NCBI GenBank assembly: GCA_951406725.2
Contig: OX597814.1
Span: forward strand, 111,848,001 to 111,912,000
Reading direction: 5' to 3'
Length of the DNA: 64,000 nucleotides
Source of the DNA: Octopus vulgaris
Lineage: Eukaryota
Shown here: positions 53,197 to 64,000 of the stretch, in pieces
How positions within the stretch are numbered: the first letter of the stretch is position 1
Layout: the number at the start of each line of letters is the position of its first letter
Position numbers and translations under genes: made by a program
The notes under the pieces: generated by a model
Databases searched by the model: none
What the model was told of the DNA's origin: nothing
Seen by the model: only the letters and a program-made list of their open reading frames with translations

Positions 53197-53529
53197 CACA
53201 TAAATTTAAATCTTCTCAAATGTTTCTCTCGTAGTTTAGATCTTCCCAAATAGAAGTATGAATATTACAGCTTACGTAGGTGTGGTTGCATTTTTTAATT
53301 TTTAGTATTTTAATGCTTAGAACTATCTACCCCTTAGGTAGATGTGTTGACTTCAATACGTAGCAATCCGCTGCAATTTTTTCAGATGTTTCTAGGGGAG
53401 TCTCACCCACTTCCAGGTGAGCTTTGGGCTTGTCCTTGTACCATAGCCTTACTTTTCTTATGTTGCTTCTTCCACCATGGAGGTGGTTACGTATATAGCC
53501 TTTTGGAATTGTCATACTGGAATAGGTCT

Positions 53530-53747
53530 AAGGCGGCGAGCTGGCAGAAACATTAGCACACCGGGCGGAATGCTTAGCAGTATTTCGTCTGCTGTTACGT
53601 TCTGAGTTCAAATTCCGCCGAGGTCGACTTTCCCTTTCATCCTTTCGGAGTCGATAAATTAAGTACCAGTTGAGCACTGGGATCGATTTAATCGTCTGGC
53701 CCCCTCCCCAAAATTTCGGGCCTTGTGCCAAGAGTAGAAAAGAATAT
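53530..53747 (+). mobile_element. SINE family A, full length, tail type 2
   Basis: Complete head, core (ctttcatcctttcggagtcgataaattaagtaccag) and tail. Confidence 0.88.
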
Positions 53748-53908
53748 TGAAATAGATCTACCTGGATGTACCTTATAGACAGACGGACAGACCAAGAGAC
53801 AGACAGACAGACAGACACACACACATACATATACATGCAAACATATACATACATAAATGCGCACACACACACACACAGGTACACACGTATACACATACAT
53901 ACATGCTG

Positions 53909-54302
53909 TTTTACTCTTTTACTCTATTACCTGTTTCAATCATTTGACTGCAGCCATGCTGGAGCACCGCCTTTAGTCGAGCAAATCGACCCCAGGACTT
54001 ATTTTTTTGTAAGCCTAGTACTTGTTCTATCGGTCTCTTTTGCCGAACCGCTAAGTTACGGGGACGTAAACATACCAAAATCAGTTGTCAGGCGATGTGG
54101 GGGTGGGGTACAGTCACACAAACATATACACAAACATATATACATACATATATACGACGGCCTTCTTTCAGTTTCCGTCTACCAAATCCACACAGAAGGC
54201 TTTGGTCGGCCCGAGCCTATATAGAAGACACTTGCCAGGACTGGACCTGGAACCATGTGGTTGGTAAGCAAGCTACTTACCACACAGCCATTCCTGCGCC
54301 TA
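53909..54302 (-). mobile_element. SINE family B
   Basis: Reverse complement of a full family B copy. Confidence 0.85.
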
Positions 54303-54884
54303 TATACAAGCCTTTGGCTTCCATTCAGTTTCCATCTATCAAATTAATTTAACCCAGTGGTGGTAGTGGGGGCACAGCAGAAAACTCTTGCTGGAAGTGC
54401 AGTACACTGAGGTTGAACCCGAAACCAGGTCTTTGCAAAGCGATCTTCTATACCATACGGTCATGTTTGCGTCTATAAAATCATGCAGCATTCCTGGTGA
54501 GAACAAAGAGGCTGGAAATTGTGATTGCTAATTAGTAATCTAGCGATTTTCTCTAGTTAATTCCGAAAATCTCTTTGGCAAATTCAAAGATTTGGAGCGT
54601 TAAATTCCCATGTCAAACATTAAAATCAGGAACTGCTTACCCTGAAATCACCAGACATTAAGCATAATAAATTGGGTAAGTTTACCTCCAGACTAGTTGA
54701 CGGTTTCCAATTACAGAATAGGAATGAAAGAAAGATAGAAAGAAAGAACGAAAGGAAGGAAAAAAAGAATGGAAGAATGAAAACCAAGAATTGATGACTT
54801 TCCACGAAATCGTGGCTTGATTGGTTGTGTGAATAAAAGAGACGTGAATTTAACGAAGACAATTTACAAACTGTGCAGCTGGTA

Positions 54885-54951
<67 letters not shown>

Positions 54952-55301
54952 ATGTATGTATGTATGTATGTATTATGTATGTATGTATTATGTATGTGTG
55001 TATGTGTGTATGTATGCATGTATGTATGTGTGTGTATGTATGTGTCTGTATGTATGTATGTATTTATCAGTGTGTATGTATGTATTATGTATGTATGTGT
55101 ATGTATGTATGAGTGTGTATGTATGTATGTATGTGTGTGTATGTATGTATGTATGTGTATGTATGTATGTGTGTATGTGTATGTATGCATGAGTATGTAT
55201 CTATGTATGTATGTGTGTATGTATGTCTGTTTGTACGCGTGTGTGTTTGTATGCATAGATGCATGTGTATGTTCCTGAACTTATATATGAATATAATCAC
55301 A

Positions 55302-55336
<35 letters not shown>

Positions 55337-55483
55337 CGTGTGTGTGTGTGTGTGCGTGTGTGTGTGTGTATGTGTGTATGTGTGTGTTTATATATATATA
55401 CGTACAGCATATATATGTATATATATATGCTATATATGTATGTATATATACTCTCTCTCTCCCCTCTCTCTCTCTCCCTCTCC

Positions 55484-55527
<44 letters not shown>

Positions 55528-55987
55528 GCTGTATATCTACATCTATGTGTTTGTTTATCCATCTTTCTATACATGCACGCATTTATATATATGCACACAC
55601 ACACACACACACACACGCACAAACACATCATATATAATATATGTGTTATATACATATATATATCGTCTCTACTAAAAATTCGTCGATAATATCTCCCACC
55701 ACCCCTACCATCAACAGCAGCAACCCACTCCACCCCCACTTTTCCTGAACGCTCTTTAATTCTTTACACTTATAACATTTACAATATACATTTCAAAATC
55801 ACGGATTAAGAACAACGTCGCTTTATAATCGGGGCAAGTTTGTCGACTTGTTTCCTGCTCACTCGATAACGTGTAAAAACGTGTAAAACACGGGTGGTGG
55901 TGGTGGTGGTGGTGGCAGTGGTGATGGTGTGGAAGCTGAGTATTAAACCACATGATAATAATAATAATAATAATAATAATAATAGTA

Positions 55988-56052
<65 letters not shown>

Positions 56053-56376
56053 GATGATAATAATAATAATGTAAATGTAAAATCATAAAAAACCGAAATC
56101 AGAAAAACAAAAGAAATACAAACATATAGAAAAATACTGAAAATGTAAAAAGCACAAAAATACAATACAATAAGACACAACGCAGAAACAAAAAAAAGAC
56201 ATGATTCGCAAAAAAAAAAAAAGGAAGAAAAGCGCAAAAGTAAAACAACAGTTGTTATTTGGTGTTAATTTTCTTTCTCACTCTGCTGCAGATCATTTAT
56301 CATTGTTTGTACAGCTTATAAAATACATTGTTTTTCAAGTCCACTTAATACTTAAGACTCGACGTTTGTGTGTCCT

Positions 56377-56453
<77 letters not shown>

Positions 56454-57889
56454 GAGTGTCACATGAGTCTAATCAGCTTGGACATTTTCCACAATTGACA
56501 TTACATACAACAGCAACAACAACAACACATCGAACTATTGCTACTGTTTAAACCATTAAACATACACACGCGTGCGCATTCACACAGACATACACACATG
56601 CACATGCGTAAGAAATAAAAAAAATTAACAAAAAACAGAAATCAAACCTTACCCTGCGGGTGATTTAACTAACTCAACTATATTCATTCATTCTATATTG
56701 CGACATGTCTTGCCACCACCGCCGCTGCCACCACCACCACCACCACCACCACCACCACCACCACCACCACCACCACCACCATTACCACCACCACCACCAC
56801 CACCACCAACAACAACACCAACATCACCAACACCACAACCACCACCACCTCCACCAACACCAACATCACCAACACCACAGCCATCAACGCCACCAAACAC
56901 CGTCACCACCACCACCACCACCAACAACAACAACACCACCAGCACCACTACCCCCAACACCACCAACACACCACCACCACCACCAACGCCAATGACACCC
57001 CCAATGACACCCCTACCAAACACACCACTACCACCACCCGATACCCAACAGCAATAACACCAGTACATCCACATCCCACCTTGTTACAATCACCTCATCC
57101 GCTGTTGGTGCCATTATTGTCCGGGTATCGACCAAGCTCTCTAAAATGGTTGTCACAGAGGCCGATGTTTCTCTAGGAGACTAGCAATTTCCTCTCCTTT
57201 CCCCGTTCTTTCCCTTTTCCCCCTCTCCTTTTCTTTCCATTATATCTCCCCCCGCTCCCTCTCGCTCTCTCGCTCTCCCTCTGTCCTCTCGGCTAATATT
57301 AAAATGACGTCGTCCACTGACTGACACGTGACAAAACTATTGCCAAACAAGGCGCGAACAAAGAGGTTTAATTTCAAACATTTAGCTTTCTATCAAAGTG
57401 AAGATTAGAGAAGAACTACAGATAGAAGCAGATAATCCTCATTTTGGCGTGAACTAAATCCAAGGTTTGATAATACTAGCAGAACATTATTGAAACAAGT
57501 AATTGACGCTAAATCACAGAATCAATAGCTTGGAACTAATTGATTCAGGTGGCTACGATCATTTTGTTGTTGTTCAACCCCGGGTCAGTCTTTATCAGGG
57601 AGTGTTATGATACAGAAGTTGTTGTTAAAGTCTAGGTCAGTCTTTATCTAGAGGACCTACGAAACATGGGTTGTTCCTTAATCCCAGGCTGGTCTTTAAG
57701 AGATCCAGTGATACACAGGTTATTTAAGCCCTGGTCAGCTCTGGTCAGTTTGGTAGTGGTGTCGCAGGTGTTGTTGTTGTTGGTGGTGGTGATGGTTGAT
57801 AGAGAAGGCTCGTGTTCTTGTGGTGGAAATGACAGAGTATTTTGTCCGGCGTGCTAACGATTCTGCCTGCTCGCCGCCTAAGCTATTTT

Positions 57890-57948
<59 letters not shown>

Positions 57949-58726
57949 TATTGTGATTAGTCAAAAGGGGTTAAATTTGTAAAAGCACCCATAAATATGA
58001 CAGTGCTATAACATAACGAACGTACTACGCTTCAGAACATTCCTTGGCAAGTTAAAACACCAGACTCTGCATTATAAATAGCAAATCGCTTCATATTATA
58101 GTCACAGGCAATAGAGATGTATTCGGCAGACGACTCTCTTTAGAAATACTAGAATTATTATATATGGAGTGCATTAATGAAGTGATGTCAGTAGATATTT
58201 AATAATTCAGAAAAGGAATGAAATAAAATAAATACAATAACAGATGAAATAAGAAAGAATAAGTTCATCATAATGATTCGCTTTCTGAAGACTTGGCTGA
58301 TCACGTGGTATTTAGATGAATAAACCATATGAAGCAAAAAAAAAAAAAAGCAAGAATAAGATAGATAAAGAAATAGAATAAAAGTACAAGGAAAATGAAG
58401 AAAAAATAAATTGGGTTTAAAGATCGAGATAGGAGGCCAGGTTTATTAAAGATAATGTATTTGTTTCAGTAGAAGTCCTTAGGTGCATAGCAATTGGAAT
58501 TTCACGCACCGCTTATATGGAAGGACAGAAATATTCTAAGACTATTGATAACGGCACCGACATACACACTCGTAAGACAATATATGAATTTTCTGGGACA
58601 CATTCATGAATTTAGCTTCTCATACATACACTCGCATACTCATCACTTCTCACAGAAAATATTCATATCAAATTAGTGGAAGTTCATTTTATTTCAGAGA
58701 CCAAATAAATCTGTCATTATTCACGT

Positions 58727-58820
<94 letters not shown>

Positions 58821-58871
58821 TCATATTCATATGCATACAAAAACACGATATTCACGCACAAACATATATAC

Positions 58872-59101
58872 AAGGCGAGCTGGCAGAATCGTTAGCACGC
58901 CGGGCGAAATGCTTAGCTGTGTTTCGTCTGGTGCTACGTTCTGCGTTCAAATTCCGCCGAGATCGACTTTGCCTTTCTTCCTTTCGGGGTCGATAAATTA
59001 AGTACCAGTTACACACTGGGGTCGATATAATCGACTTAATCCGTTTGTCTGTCCTTGTTTGTCCCCTCTGTGTTTAGCCTCCGGTGGGTAATAAAGAAAT
59101 A
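58872..59101 (+). mobile_element. SINE family A, tail type 1
   Basis: Head, core and Tx1-like tail ending aataaagaaata, then (TA)n. Confidence 0.87.
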
Positions 59102-59505
59102 TATATATATATAAGGGTTCATACCCTATAAAACTAGTCCACTATCGATATTAAGAATTCGGATATACTATACAATAGTTCAGATTTTACATTAAGTAAA
59201 TGGAAGCGACAAGCTAAAAGCGAAGAGTCAGATATAATGAAATAAGACAAATTCGGGAAACATAAATCTAGAAATAAACTTACGTAACTATATTTTAGAG
59301 TTAATTGGTGGTTTCACTAGTACACCAAAATTCACTGTAATTGTTTAATTATTAGTATAATATAGGGGCGACCAGCGGTACATTTGTGGATAACGAATAA
59401 CTAATTTATGATAACTTAGATAACTTAAGTTTCGGCCAGTATAGGCTCAGGCCATATTTAACATAACAGCACCACCTGGTGAATTCTTTTAGATTTACAC
59501 TGCAG

Positions 59506-59765
59506 TCATTTATAGGACACTATGGCCCGCTCTAGCAAAGAGTTATTATTGTTGAAGACATATCCGGGTGTAGGAGGTGGGTCCGGGATTTTTTGGAGAA
59601 ATTTGTCCAGAGAACTTTTGAATTTTATGGAATCTGTTTCCGTTTTGATGTATTTTGGTATAATATTAAAAAGAGCTGGACTTGTTGAGGTAAAGTTATG
59701 CCATAATGTTATGTGTCTTGTGAGCGGTTAGCACAGGGATCAAGTCTTAGGTGGATTTTAAAATT
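59506..59765 (-). pseudogene. CR1-group LINE ORF2 C-terminal fragment
   Basis: Minus strand encodes HNFTSTSPALFNIIPKYIK...KFKSSLDKFLQKIPDPPPTPGY...NSLLE. Confidence 0.65.
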
Positions 59766-60646
59766 GATAGATAATTAGTTCACAGATTGAAGATATACCC
59801 TAATCATATTTATCGTTAGTATCTCTATGTGATAATGCTGAATTCTCAATGAAAATCAACCCAGTCAGGACAGGGATTAGATGAACTAAGCAAAGTAGAA
59901 ATAAGAAACACAGAAGCATAGAAAAATAGAAGACATGCTAATTATAGAAGGGGATAGATCTACAGGGATCGACTAGTAATAGTAATATTAATAGAGAATT
60001 TAGGTTAAAGCTAATTGCTTAATGTTTAGTATTGTGTAGGAAGGGCTTACGGTATATGTGTGGACATTGTATTATTAAATCATCTCGTTGGTTGATGAGA
60101 TTTGACTTACACCTAATTATTTCATAAGTTTCAGATATACGCAAATTACGAATATCATTACTTACTCCATACGGTTATACTTTACCTATAATAGATCCCG
60201 CAATTTCATACTTAATCAGCAAGTATTCATAGAAGATTAGATGATATAAAATTAGCTGTACTTCTATCTCTAAAGCTGCAAGTGTGGTTATAATATCTGC
60301 ATTTAAACTAACTTGTGGTAGCCCCGATACAAACATAGACATTCTCAAGTGTAAGTACGGAACGTTTGTATACTACATTCTTACTAAAGCAAAATCAAAT
60401 GGACACAAGGATCTATTTTTAAAATTGTAGAGATCATTTACTCAATAGGATGCATTAGGGATGTTGTTTACTGTCCTATTAAAATGTGTGTTATTACCTT
60501 GATTATTAGGAAACAGGAATTAATGCAATCATTTAGATTGTTGATTCTATATAATTAGAAGGTTGACTGTTTAATTCTTATTGTTAAATCTACCAGTGTA
60601 TTGTGCAATATCAGGCGTTGTAGAGTAGGTCTGTTTCACATATGCA

Positions 60647-61009
60647 TAGGCGTGGCTGTGTGGTAAGAAGCTTGATTCCCAACCACATGGTTCCGGCATT
60701 AGTGCGTGGCACTTTGGGCAAGTGTCTTCTACTGTAGCTTCGGGATTGGATTTGGTAGACGGAAACTGAAAGAAGCCCGTCGTACATATATATATATATA
60801 TATTGCGTTTGTCCTCCCACCATCGTTTGACACCCGATGCTAGTGTGTTTAGGTCCCAGTAACTTAGCGGTTCGGGAAAAGACACAAATAGAATAAGTAC
60901 GTACAAGGCTTACAAAGAATAAGTCCTGGGGACGATTTTTTTACGACTAAAAGGCGATGCTCCTACATGGCCGCAGTCAAATGACTGAAACAAGTAAAAG
61001 AGTAAAAGA

Positions 61010-61010
<1 letters not shown>
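60647..61010 (+). mobile_element. SINE family B
   Basis: Head, core and tail. Confidence 0.83.
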
Positions 61011-61041
<31 letters not shown>

Positions 61042-61042
61042 A

Positions 61043-61428
61043 TATCACTTTGATCACTTTGACCGACCAGTCCGTCAGGCATCCATTTAACACCGCTGGT
61101 CACAGCACGCTGTCCACTCCTCTCTGGATCGCGCCTTTCTCATCCACGTGATCCCAATCGTCCTCCTGAAATCGTAACTCCACTGTCGTGGAGGTCTTCC
61201 GGGTGGTCTTTTCCGCTCACTCAGGTACCACTCGACAACTGCGTGCGTCCACCGATTATCGGTGAGCCGGGCGACGTGTCCAGCCCATCTATACTTGGTG
61301 CGTGTATACTCTGCGATGACATCTCTCACGCCGGACTTCTTTCTGATGATCTTGCTACTTATGTGCTCTCTCAGCGAGATACCAAGCATTGACCTTTCCA
61401 TGGCTCTTTGAGCCGTTACCAGTCTTTG
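61043..61428 (-). mobile_element. RTE-clade LINE 3' fragment
   Basis: Encodes MERSMLGISL...RWAGHVARLTDNRW...KRPPGRPPRQW, with a tandem tail (TCAAAGTGA)2. Confidence 0.88.
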
Positions 61429-61450
61429 CTTTTCTCTCTTATATATATAT

Positions 61451-61663
61451 TGTGACCGCGTGTGTATCGTTGGCGATTTCTTTTCTTCCGTCTTCCCTTC
61501 CTTGGATCTTTCCTTTTCCTATGTTTCTGACGAAGACCTCCGCTCGAAACGTTAAATCCTCCTTCTTTCTTTTCTTTCCTGAGCGTCCAATAACACTATA
61601 CTTGTTCCACGTCCTCGCGTTGATGTGTTTTCTCTTTGTGTTTTCATGGTTGGAGTAACGTTA
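61451..61663 (+). mobile_element. PLE pLTR-like non-autonomous element with HHR motif (61523-61557)
   Basis: GUUU CUGACGA A GACC-UCC-GCUC GAAAC GUU AAAU with palindromic AACGUU; flanked by (TA)n. Confidence 0.62.
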
Positions 61664-61668
61664 TATAC

Positions 61669-61720
<52 letters not shown>

Positions 61721-61722
<2 letters not shown>

Positions 61723-62484
61723 TCTTTTATTTGTTTCAGTCATTTCACTGCGGCAATGCTGGAGCACCACCTTTAGTCGAGCAAATTGACCCCAGGACTT
61801 ATTCTTTGGAAACCTAGTACTAATTCTATCGTTCTCTTTTGTCGAACCGCTAAGTTACGGGGACGTAAACACACCAGCATCGCTTGTCAAGCGATGTAGT
61901 GGGGAGACAAACACAGACTCACAAACATATACACACATACATATATGTATACATATATACGACGGGCTTCTTTAAGTCTCCGTCTACCAAATCCACTCAC
62001 AAGGCTTTGGTTGGCCTGAGGCTATAGTAGAAGACACTTGCCCAAGGTGTCATGCAGTGGGACTGAACCCGGAACCATGTGGTTGGTAAGCAAGCTACTT
62101 ACCACACAGCTACTCATTTGACTGAGGCCATGCTGCAGCACCGCCTTGAAGGTTTTTAAGCGAACAAATCGCCCCCAGGACCTTTTTTAAAGCCTAGTAA
62201 TTCTCTGTCTTTCTCTTTCGACGAACCGCTAAATTATGGGGACGTGAATACATCAACACCGGTTGTCAAGCTGTAGTGAGGAGACAAACATAGATACAAA
62301 GACACACCCATTCACACACACAGCGGGCTTCTTTCAGTTTCCGTCTACCAAATCCTCTCACAAGACTTTGGTCGATCCGAGGCTATGGTAGAAGACAAAT
62401 GCCCATGGTGTCACGTAGTGGGACTGAACCCGGAACAATGTGGTTGAGAAAGAAGCTTTTTACCACACAGCTACGCCCGCGCAT
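61721..62484 (-). mobile_element. Two tandem SINE family B copies (61721-62114 and 62115-62484)
   Basis: Reverse complement of family B, occurring twice. Confidence 0.85.
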
Positions 62485-64000
62485 AAACATGCACACACAC
62501 ACACATGTATGTATGTATATGCATATATATACGCCTATTTATGCATATATACTTACACACACACATGTATACACACACACACAGATAAACACAGGCAAAA
62601 GTGCACGCTTAGACTTGTAGTTAAGTTCTTTGCTTCGCAACACCAGTGTTTCGGTTTCGATACTAATGCAACCTCGGATTAACCAATTCCTTATAAGTTG
62701 AATTTGTTAGACAAAAATTCTAGCGGAGCTATTCGCGCGCGCGTGTGAGTGTGAGTGTGCGAGTGTGTGAGTGTGTTTGTATGTTCTTGTTTGTGTGTTT
62801 ATGTGTATGTATAATGATAGTGGTGGTGGTGATGGTGGTGGTGGTAGTGGTGGCGGTTGCGGTCTCTCCAACAATGATATCGATGACGTATAATTCAGAC
62901 AGGAATTGGCACTAAAATGAAAGAAGCTTTCAAAACTTCATCCAACATCACTTACCATCCAACCAGGCAGCCAACCAAACACCACCACCACCACCACCAC
63001 AAACAAACAAACAACAGTGATAGAAAATAACAGAATAAAGTGAACAAGGGTGGGGAGTGTCTGTTGGGATGTATGGAAGGCCAATGGATGCTGGATTGTA
63101 AGTATAAAAGGGCGGAGGTGGTGGGCGAGGTTGGAGGTCCCCTCCCTAAAGTAGATGATTGATGGATGAAGTTCCGTTTGGTAAATAACTGGATAAACAA
63201 GGAGTACAAGCATCGCACGCACCCATACAGGTACTCTTACTTATACTCACTCACACACATACACACACACACATTACACACAAACTTACACTGTCAGGGT
63301 ACGTATATTCTCACATACATCCACAAACATATTACACACACACAAACACACAGACATATATCCAGACACACATACACACAAACATATACTGTCAGGGTAC
63401 GTATACTCTTGCGTATACACATAGATATATACATACATCTATACATATATACACCCACTTGCATACACATGTATTTGCACTTACACACACATACACACAT
63501 GCACACACGACACGCAGACACACTTAGGCATACACACACACACACATAGCGTCATTACACACGCGCAAATATTACACTTATGTACACACAAGCACTAACA
63601 CACACACACTTCTGCACAATCAAGCACATATACACACACATATAAACACGTGCATTCACAAGCACATTTATGCACATACACACGCGCACATCTACAAATA
63701 AACACACACAATCACACACACAAGCACACACATGCACGCATACATACTTACATTGGTATAAAGAACATCATATTTGACAGACAAGTCGATGTTACCACTA
63801 ACACATGACCACCACTCCCAATAATTGTCTGTCTGCTATGTGTATGTGTGTGTGCGTGTGTGGTGTGTCTTCCGCTTTAATGTCTCTTCAGGCACAACGT
63901 GCTGCAACGACCAATAATCTTTTTCTGTTGGATTCGGTCTTCTTAATATAATTTCGTTACTTTTTTTTCTTTTTTTACCGAGGAGAAAATATAACAGCGC

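Noticed and set aside
63081-63115. CCAAT/TATAAAAG/GGGCGG promoter cluster
   Set aside because: Spacing and order are atypical and there is no downstream gene; such motifs are expected by chance.

Overview
Eukaryotic, repeat-saturated intronic or intergenic DNA, most likely from an octopus. This organism call is an inference from the recurrent tRNA-derived SINE families and the extreme microsatellite load. No host protein-coding gene can be supported; nearly all listed ORFs are microsatellite translation artefacts. Coding-derived sequence is all transposon-derived: a near-full CR1-group LINE (7048-11133), a full-length mariner with a mutated catalytic triad (29429-30718), a near-full Dong/R4-type RLE LINE (47950-51946), and fragments of Tx1-like, RTE, Dong and mariner elements. 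The most interesting signal is non-coding. Several short, ORF-less elements carry type I hammerhead ribozyme (HHR) motifs and/or sit as head-to-head palindromes in microsatellites, as expected for Penelope-like (PLE) integration. The clearest case is a palindromic dimer of a unit with a tRNA-derived head and an HHR tail, bounded by a candidate target-site duplication (44799-46411). One SINE tail also matches the 3' end of the Tx1-like LINE in the same window. All alignments and folds were done by eye; no database search was run.
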